DNA from: the human T2T-CHM13v2.0 reference genome, Homo sapiens | DNA length: 64,000 nt | Reading direction: 5' to 3' (one strand) | NCBI RefSeq assembly: GCF_009914755.1 | Contig: NC_060940.1 | Shown: positions 53,857 to 64,000 of the stretch, in pieces | Position numbering within the stretch: position 1 is the first letter of the stretch | Layout of the letters: each line of letters begins with the position of its first letter | Translations under genes and position numbers: made by a program | The notes under the pieces: model-generated | Seen by the model: the letters and a program-made list of their open reading frames with translations, nothing else | The model's database searches: none | Told to the model about the DNA's origin: nothing

Positions 53857-54089
53857 TATTCTTTAGATGATTAGCATTTTTACCAATATCATTTTTGAAA
53901 ACTCAGATGGTAATAAAATGAACTTTCCCATGTTGTCCCTTGGTCACATTGTCTACTGAACTCTGCAGGCTGGATGAGAATAATAATGAAACCACTCACA
54001 GAATTCCTTGTTCCTGCGCCAGCATCTCTTTTGCTTATGCAGTGACGGCACTCTCCCCACAGTTGGGTGCACCGGTCCGTCTTGTTTGT

Positions 54090-54520
54090 TTATAGTTCAT
54101 TCAGCAGAGATTGTTGGGCACCTACGACATGGCAGATGTCTGAGCTGAGATTTGCTCTGCTCTCAAGATATTCTAGTGAAGTGAAAAGTTCCCACACAGA
54201 GACTATAATAGATGTAGCGAGAAACCATCAGAGGACTACAGGCAACCAGGGAGGGGGCAAATCCTCTTAGCTGGGGACTTCACAGAGTAGGAACTTGCCA
54301 GAAGAGGAAAAAGAGAATTCAACATAGGGGAACCTTTGTGCAGAGGAGTCACGAAACCAACACAGGCAGACGAGTGTGGCTGGGTGTGACTGGCGGGAGA
54401 GAGTGGCTAAAAATGAAGCTAGGAAGGTGCTGGGGGCCATTTTCTTGGAGGGCTTTAGACTCCATGCTGAGGAGTTGGAGGAACCCTGGATGCATTTTGA
54501 GTAGGGCAGTGCAAGGACCA
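54090..54520 (-). mobile_element. L2 fragment
   Basis: ttcattcagcagagattgttgggcacctac...tgctctcaag...ttttgagtagggcagtg. Confidence 0.6.
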
Positions 54521-54663
54521 TGCATAGAGTTCCAACAAGGGTCCCCATCCCTCACACTGCCGTTCATGGATGTGGAGGGAAAATTTCAACATAAGGAGCC
54601 ATTGTGGGAACGGGCTGGCTAGCTGAGGGCTCAAAGATCTGGTTTGGAGCACTTTGGGGATGA

Positions 54664-55188
<525 letters not shown>

Positions 55189-56519
55189 TAGTTTGCGGTT
55201 TTGTTTTGGTTTGGTTTTGAGCATAGAATAAGCAGCAAGGACTGTTCAAAAATAATCAGTGAAATGGCATTCCAGTGTCCTGCTCTGTTCTGCTTTCGTG
55301 TTGTTAATGAGCTTAACTGTGAACACAATTCAATGTTATTAAAAAAGAAACAGCCTATGACTGTTGCTTCCCAGTCATCCTGTAAATGTGCTTCAGTCCG
55401 TTATTTCACAAGTATTAAAAGCTAATTGTTTTAGTTTTCAATTAAGGCCTGCATGCGTGAGAGTTTGTGTCCGTATGCATCCCCAATAAAATTGCGTTTT
55501 CACCACCCATGGCTCTTGCTTGAGTGGCTGCCTTCTATTTGGTGGTGAATAATGGCAATTCCTGCCCAGCTCTGGTGAGCTGTTGGTAGAGTCTGAGCTA
55601 AAAGTCACCCAAGGATTGCACTGCCTGGGCTTTTGTCTGCCTAGGAGTATAAATAATTGAAAGCAAAAAGAAGCATAGATGCCATTTCTTGGAGTCTGGT
55701 TAGACTGAAGGAGATAAAATGGCTTTGATTTAAGGGGAGAGAAAACGACGCCATAATGAACTCCGAGATTTCATCGGCGAATTTTGCCATTTTATCAAGG
55801 GAGCAGGCAAAACCAATGTAACTCAAAGTGCTGATTATCTCCCTTCCTGGATTATGCAAGGTAGTAACTTCTGGGAGCAGGGAGACAAATTGGAGCAAGT
55901 TTTAGGAGAAAATGATTGGGCTGTTCTCATTTAGAAACATCTCCCTTTCCCCAGTCCTACCCAGGCAAAATGCAAATGGAAATTGCCTGGCAGTTCTTAC
56001 TAATCAATCTGCCTCTGGAGGTAGTAAATTCTCCCTGGCCTCCTCTTTCCTTAATGCTGCTCCAGCTAGAACAAGACAGATGCTCTGCCTTTTGCAGGCT
56101 CCATTTGTGACACCTCTGGGAATTAGAATCTTGAAGATTTGCCACTAAGAAAGGGCGGGGTGCCCAAATACAATCCCACCAACCTTAAATTGAATGGTTT
56201 CTCAGTGAAGAAGCATCTTATTAAGAGCCATGATATTTCATTTAATTTCAACTCATCAGAAATAATTCAATAAGGGTGTCTCCTTCTCCGACCAACTGCA
56301 GGAACTCACTGGCATATGAAGACAAAGATATCTTAGCTTGGGAAGCTTAGGGTACTTCTTCCAAGTCAACATTCATTATGCTTTCTTCCATTTACATGTT
56401 TGATGTCAGTCTTATCTGCAGGATTGTATCACCACACTGGTAGAGAGCACATCTGACCTGTTCACCTCCCTTTTCCACATACCAGGTTAATGACTGGCAT
56501 AGGAGAGCTTCTTAATCAG

Positions 56520-56890
56520 CATTTCATTCCTTTATTTATTCAACAAATCGACTGAGGGCCAACTATGAGGCAGGCCCTGTGCTAAACCCATGGACTACAA
56601 TAATAAACAAAACAGACATGGCTGTTGGCTTTACAGAGCTTACGGTTTTGGGAGGAGTCTTAAATTAGCAGATAATTATGGAGAGCATAAGAAAGAAAAG
56701 GAAGAGGCACAGAGAAGGCTAATCAGAAGAGGGAATACCATTCACGTTTGAGTCAGCGAAGGCATTTCTGAAAAGGTGAGATCCCCAACAGGACTGGAGG
56801 AGTAAGAAGAACCCAGACACACAAAGCATGAAGGGAGAGCACTCCCAGCACCCTGCCGTGTCAGAACTTCACATATTTTGGGAAGCTTAA
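56520..56890 (-). mobile_element. L2 fragment (resumes about 57290-57540 after the LTR)
   Basis: tttattcaacaaatcgactgagggccaactatgaggcaggccctgtgcta...acaaaacagacatgg...gaaggcatttctgaaaaggtga. Confidence 0.75.
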
Positions 56891-57286
56891 TGTGTTAGTT
56901 TGCTGGGGCTGTCATAACATAGTACCACAGACTGGGTGGCTCAAACAACAGAAGTTTATTTTCTCACCATTGTGGATGTTAGGAGGCCCAGATCAAGGTG
57001 TCAGCAAGATTGTTTGTTTGTTTTTCCTGAGGCCTCTCTTCTTGACTTGCAGATGTCTATATTCCTTCTGTGCCTTCACAGGACCTTTCCTTGGTACCCA
57101 TGTCAAAGTTTCCTCTTTTTGTATGACATCAGTCATATGGGATTATGGTGAACCCAAATAAATGACCTCATCTTAACTTAATTACCTCTTCAAAGACCCT
57201 ATATCCAAATACAGTCACATTCTGAAGCTGTTGGGATAAGAACTGCAACCTATGGGTTTTGAGGGCACACAACTGAGTCCATAAGA
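56891..57286 (-). mobile_element. MLT1B-like MaLR solo LTR
   Basis: tgtgttagtttgctggggctgtcataaca...cacagactgggtggctcaaacaacagaagtttatt...aatgacctcatcttaacttaattacctcttcaaagaccctatatccaaatacagtcacattctga. Confidence 0.88.
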
Positions 57287-60200
57287 CTCAGTGAAGGCTG
57301 ATGGGGTTAAATCCTTCAGTCTAAGTGTAAAAGAGTCATTGATGGATCATAAACTACTCACAGGGCCAAGTTTGTTTAAAGCCACTGCTTTGAGAGAAGC
57401 ATGAGGAAGAGATTAGGGTGGAGCAAAAATAGATCTGGGAGAGAGACCAGTTAGGAGCTGTCACAGTTGTCTGGCCAAGAGAGAATGGTGGAAGTGAGGT
57501 GAAGGAGGAGCAAGTGTCAAGATGGAGTCTGGAGATGGAATCCCATTTCCTGAATAAGAAAAAGAGTGAATGAATGGATGCATGCACGCATAGGTTAATG
57601 AAATCCACTGAATGAATAAACCATTCCTGGTACTCACTGTGAGAAGCTCTGCCTATAGTCTATTAAGTGAGCCTCTCATCTCTCTCCCGTGTAGAAGAGA
57701 CTTCCCTATGTAACATGTGGGTGTATTTCTGTCAGGGAGCCTCTTATTCTGCATATAAGGAGATCAGTACTCTGTTCCCCTCTCACAGTCACAGAGTAGG
57801 CATTCTGAGTGCACGCTTTGAATGATAAGGAGGCAAGAAAAGGGCCTGTGTTTACCTTGCTGTGTCTTCCTGGGGACACTGGTGTTTCTAACTCATCAGT
57901 CCCTCTACATCTTAGACAAACTCCTGTCTTTGAGCATATTTCAACATGCAAAATGCAAAGTCACTTTTTAAAACAAAAGTAGTTTTACTTTTTGGTTGGG
58001 TTTGTGACATTAGCCAAGCACCATTCTCCACAGTATTTGTAATGTAAATTTTCTTCATTCACCTCACACGTTCACACACACAACCAGGACAAGGGGGCCA
58101 TTTCTTGCCAGAGAGGTCCACAAGATTGATTAATTAGTGCAATCAGGAATTCACGGAGCCGTTCGATTGCAGTGCTGATGGAGCCTTCGTGGCATTTGAG
58201 TCCACCAACCACCTTCAACCATGACACGAATATTTGTTAGAAAAGTGCCTCAACTTCCTCCCGTACCTTCTGTGGAACAAGTTGCTCACCACTTCACAGC
58301 ATTCTCCTCTGTCTCACTGCTAATCCATTTAAATGATCAGGTTAGATACAAAGAAAAAAAGTAAGTTGGTCTTCCCATACTCACAAGGCTCTCCTCTTCT
58401 TTCTGTGTGGCTGCCATTCACAGGCTGGTAGCTTCCTGTTAAACAGCTCCACAGCCTTGAGTAGATGCACATGGGAGATGATTTCAGCACATTACCAGCC
58501 TGGATGTGTCTCTCCCTGAGGGTCCAAGTTGGCCATTGTCTTTCTTAAAATGAAGTGTGAATATTGAATAGAGGGCATCAGGCATGGAGTGACCAAGAAC
58601 CTGTCCACCCACACAGACACCCAAAACCAGAATCTGGTCCGATGTTCTTTTTCCTTCTCCTTCTACATCCAAGTCACACAACATTGTGGGATTTATCCCT
58701 TAGTTTTCTCTTGCCTTTTTTCTTCTTCTTTACTCCCATTTACAACAATCTATTAGCTGCCCTTTCTCTCGACTAAAGAGTACAAAAATCTCCAAGTAAA
58801 ATATAACCTTTGTATCCAGCCCTTTTACATTTGCCCTGACAGTTACCTCTAACACTGTCCCAAAAACTGCCAATTGTGGAATATGAATTTGCCCTGACTT
58901 CCCTTCCCTAAAGCCTTTCAATGTATAGTGTGCTGGGGGAGAAAGGGGAAAGGTTTTCAGTAGCTCTGAAACACCTAAAGCCCAATGTCAAACTTCACAT
59001 TTTTCTTCTGCCCTTCAGGAGCGATAGCATGATTCTATCTCTCTTCATGATTCTATATCTCTTCATGATTCTCTCTCTCATCCCATCTCCTGTCCCTCCC
59101 CAGGGACTGCATTTTTTGGAATCTCGTATTCATCCTCAACCTCATCATATTCTTCCTTTCATCTGACTTGTTCATGCTGATGCTTCAGCCAGTCACAACC
59201 TTCCCTACTTCTTTGCTGGGGTGACACCTACTTGTCTGTTAAGGTTTACAGTCACATCTCATGGGGCTCAGGGGTGCCCAAGTCAGCCTAACACACCACT
59301 CTTCTCCACCAGGCTCTCATGAGGCTGTGTCCCTGCCTTGACAGACAAATACATCATGACATAGGGTACCTGTCTGGTGACCCATGTCTCTCCCTGCTGA
59401 AACCATAAACCCAGGTTAATCCTCATTGTCCAGGACTTTATGTAGAATGCAGGAGACCATCAGTGCATGTTTGTTGAGCTAAACTTTTATCTCACCGACG
59501 AGGCTGCACTGGTATATTTGGGGAGGCCAAATCATGTTTCATGTATTCCTTTCCCGAGTGATGTTGTGCACAGTGAAGATACAACCCTTTCTCCAGAGTC
59601 AACCTGAAACCTAAAAGTCATCAAGGCTTGGTAAAAACCCTGCATCTATGCCATTATGATTTACTATGTGGTTAAAATACCAGATGCAAGATAGTTCCAC
59701 AATAACTCAAGAGACCTGGAAATTTTTTATGGACCAAACACAACCTCAGTCATAGTCTCTGGTAAACTTTTATTGTCTCAGCCCAACATTAACCATACAT
59801 TAAGTTGATTACTAACTGTCCCACTCAAGTATTAAGAAAAATGCACCCACATTCTAATTAGTTATTTTTAAAAGTGATTTTATACATAGTTTTATGATCA
59901 AACAATGCAATATAAAACAAATATTTAAAACTCATCTTAAAACATAGCTACCCTGATAAGCATAATTTAGAAATCTTTAATGAATTCACCTCAATTAGCC
60001 TTTAATTAAATAGCTCATTAAAAGCTGATTTGAATACTGCTCATGGAGAAATTCTTGTTCAACTGTTGTGACAGAGCAGGAAGTTAATGAAGTTAAAATT
60101 AAGCACAATTTTGAGGGAATAGTCTGAAAGTCATAAAGCTACGAGAGGAAATAAAGTCTCTGAACTTTGCCTGACACCTGAGACTTTATTCATCACCAAA

Positions 60201-60645
60201 TGCTCAGGTATACGGTAGACTTGAGGCCCAGGGCAGGGCCAGCAAGCTGCCTTTCCACTTCTTGTTCTCAGCGTGAGGGTTCAGTATCTTGGAGCTATAA
60301 AATGATGTTTGATGAATGAATGAAGGAACCGTCAAAACAGATCTGCACACATTCTAAATTCAAGCAAAAGGTAAAAGAATAGGAAGGAAGTTTACATTTT
60401 ATGGAGTGACTAATCATGCATCAAATATTTTGAACAAGTTGTTTTTATTTATTTCTCCTTCATGCTAGGAGCTAAAATATCATTCCTATTTTACAGTTGA
60501 AGAAACAGAAGACCAAAGTGATTAACACTAACACAGGTATTAATAGTTTCATCTAAGCTGAAATTTTAATTCAAATGCAAGAAAACACCCCAAATATTTT
60601 AACATTTCCAACGCCCCCCTCTTTTAAAAAATGTTATTTCATTGA

Positions 60646-60979
<334 letters not shown>

Positions 60980-61046
60980 TATATTTTCCAAATTTTCTAC
61001 AAGGAGTATGTATTGCTCTCAGAATAAAGAAAAAAAAATAAAAGGT

Positions 61047-61338
61047 ATTTTTATTTTTTATTTTAATTTTTCTTCTTTTTTGTATTTTTATGTCAATAGT
61101 TGTGTGGGTACAAGTGGGTTTTAGTTACATGGACAAGTTCTAGAGTGATGATTTCTGAGATTTTGGTGCACCTGTCACCAGAGCAGTGTACACTGTACAC
61201 AATATGTAGTCTTCTATCCCTCACCCCCCGAGCCTCCAAAGTCCATTGTATCATTCTTATGCCTTTGCATCCTCATAGCTTAGCTCCCACTTATAAGTGA
61301 GAACCTAAGATATTTGGTTTTCCACTCTTGAGTTACCT
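61047..61338 (-). mobile_element. L1PB 3' end
   Basis: gatttctgagattttggtgcacc...aaagtccattgtatcattcttatgcctttgcatcctcatagcttagctcccacttataagtgag. Confidence 0.9.
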
Positions 61339-63469
61339 GAGAAAATGCATACAGTAACAGCCTTCACCTTCTCACATCTGCTACTGCCAACTACTCCTAA
61401 AGAAAATGTCCCCAAACCAGTGGCTTTTGTTGCCACAGCTCTGTCATTTCTGGGGGGCGACATCTATCAGATGAACATTCGAAGACGTAAATGCTGCTAA
61501 GATGCCTCCCTCTGAGAAACCTGGCAAGAGGTTAGCAAGGCAGGCATGGGGGCAGCAGCCACTCCTGAGAGTGCTTTGGGCTCTCTGCCCTGCCAGGGGA
61601 GCTCCACACCCTCTTAGAAGAGAGGAAAGACAGACACAGACACCATTTTCATCAACTCCATCATGCCTGGATAAACCTGAAAGATTTTAAAGCAGAAAAA
61701 TACCCAGGGAAACAGTCTAACCTGAAATTCCCTGCAGAATGCAAAATGTTCTGAGATCTACATGGCTGCCATCCAGGAAACCTCACTATGGGAGAAAGGG
61801 CCCCGCTTCCAGGTCCTCCGCTGGGCTGAGATACCTGATGGTCAGAGGCATCAGAGTTTGTGCTCCACAGCATTGGAAGCAGAGCCTGGGGATAAAGAGG
61901 GTGTGAGGAAAATGGACCTGTGTCCTCAGCACAGCAGGAAGCAGGAAGGTCTGCTTCACAGGAGCTAGATCCCTGCCTGAGGCTGCAGCTGGAACCACTG
62001 CAGGGAACCACCCATGCCCGAACCACCACAGCTGGTACAGGCTACTTGTGGCCTAGACTTAGGTGAGTAGGAGGGGGGTATTTGAAGATCCAAGAATTCC
62101 AGGTCTTGGAATCTGAAGTGAAAACTTCAGATCGCGGATCCAGAGGTTTTCTAGAATGTCCATTATGGCTGAAGTGAGGAGATACGAAGGCTGCAGAGGT
62201 AGCGGTGGTAGGGGAAATGTTGAGGGACACACGGGGGTCTGGCACCCTTCCCCATTGACGAGAAGCACTGTGTTTTTCTCTTTTTGTATATTAGGATATT
62301 GCAAGCCAAGTCCTTAGGACAAAAGTTTTCTTGACTTACATATAAAGAACATTTGTAAAATGCTGATAAGCCTCCTATCCTTCCAAGCCCACTGAGTGGC
62401 TTGGAATTCAATTTCTGCTTGAATATTTGCAGGTCTAGAAGTCTCCATAGTCTTAAAAGCAGCCAATACCACTCTCACACAAGTGTGACTCTTGAGAACA
62501 GTCTTCTTGTGTCATATCAAGAGACTTTTCTGTAGCTTGTAGAGTCCAGTCCTTTTTATGTGCTCTGCAGTCTCACAGAAAAACCCATTTTCTATAGTTA
62601 CACTAATTAACACTTACCAAGCACCTGCGATTGGGCCACTGCCCTCCTCAACCCACTCTCCCACATATAGATTTTATTAGGTGGAGATTAGCGAGGCTCA
62701 GTGGTTTAGGACAGAGGCCACACTGATGGTGTGTAATGGGGCGACAGTCAAGGTGGGTCTCACTCAAAATTCCATGCTGGCTCCTATGCAGACCAAAGGG
62801 TTATGAGGAGGAGTGTGATGGCTGCTCTGATCTTCAGGGCCCTGTGAATGCTCAGGCTGAGATGCACGAGCTTCTGTGCCCTGCCTCTGGACCCTAGCAT
62901 TCATCTACCCATCCCTCCTCTTCTCACCCCAGTGCCCACCCATGACCGAGCACATTCCTAGATACTCCATGACTATGTGCTGCCAAAGTAACTAAATGCA
63001 GAGGCTAGGAAATTCCTCAAGGTGCCTTCTACTGCCATGCAAGAGTTCTCAGGTATTTAATTTATAAAATCTACCTAATCAACTGCCCATAAGTATGTTT
63101 TGAAAAATGAAAAACACCACGTAGAGGAAACACTAGGTATCTGTCCCCTACTCATTTCTCCAGCCTGGCCTCCTTCCCTGTTCTCACTTCCTTCCTGTGC
63201 GCCTTCCTCCCCAGGATCTTGCCTCATCTTGGAACAGAACTTAGTCTTTCACCTCTTTCATGGTGGTCTTGGCATGGACCTTTCCCCCTGGTTAGACACT
63301 TCTCGTCTGACTTCATTTTTACTTGCTACTCGGTGGTCATCCACCCCTTCTTCAGTGAGGCTTTATCTTTCTTTCCAGTGTCAAGTAAGCACCCATATGT
63401 GTCATCTTATGGCATTCTGTACTATTCCCTTCTTTGTGTATAATAATTCTATGTATATACTGAACATCT

Positions 63470-63610
63470 ATAGCCTCCACTAGGAAAATCTCAGAAGGAA
63501 TGATGGTGTCTCTTCTTATCACGGGGTTCCCAGCATCTAGTACATAATATGTGCTCAATAAATATGTATTAAGTGGGCAAATACATGAGTGAATAAAAAT
63601 AAATGCATGG
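63470..63610 (+). mobile_element. L2 3' end fragment
   Basis: cccagcatctagtaca...gtgctcaataaatatgtatt. Confidence 0.6.
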
Positions 63611-64000
63611 TTGTTTAATATATGAGCAATTCCAGAGTATAAAGTAAATATTTAAATGTTCACATCCGTGTCAACAGCTCATTCTTCTGCTCTATCCAGA
63701 CAGCCCCATGAGGTTGACTGTGTTCCTTTCTTCACTTGCCAATATGCCTCTATCTACAGACCATGTTTGCACCTCTAGGATGAATAAAGGACTTCTAGGA
63801 AAGTTGTGTTACAACCACAGATCCCATTTCCAGACCATTGCAGGTATATGGGACACAGCACCATTAAACTGAATGCAGTTGGTTTTGAAAAAACTTGAAA
63901 TTTCTTCAAAGGTCCATCTGCATACATAAGAAAGCTCAGCCAAAGTCTACACATCCCTCTATATGCAATTAATACATTTATATTCCCATGCAGTTCCCAA

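Overview
Primate non-coding genomic DNA, almost certainly human because it carries a full-length AluYb9. It is intronic or intergenic. I recognise no protein-coding exon, RNA gene, CpG island or CRISPR-like array; the ORF track is explained by Alu, microsatellite and chance ORFs. The window is a mosaic of Alus (J, S and Y classes), 5'-truncated L1PA/L1PB/L1M pieces, MaLR/ERVL solo LTRs, MER5/MER45/Hsmar1 DNA-transposon remnants, many old L2/MIR fragments and microsatellites. Several repeat-free, motif-dense blocks look like developmental enhancers. I found no evidence for a novel multi-gene system. The best signals are structural: (i) an L1PA3/4 3' transduction carrying an Hsmar1 terminal repeat (13.3 kb); (ii) a second, older L1 3' transduction (26.6-27.1 kb); (iii) a 195-bp DNA-level copy of a twin-primed L1 placed 1.18 kb from its donor, with a fold-back hairpin at the junction (33.6/34.8 kb); (iv) an L1 nested in an Alu linker (53.3 kb); (v) an unusually close inverted Alu pair (28.9-29.6 kb). 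Repeat family calls come from remembered consensus sequences; boundaries of old L2/MIR/L1M fragments are approximate and the list of them is incomplete.
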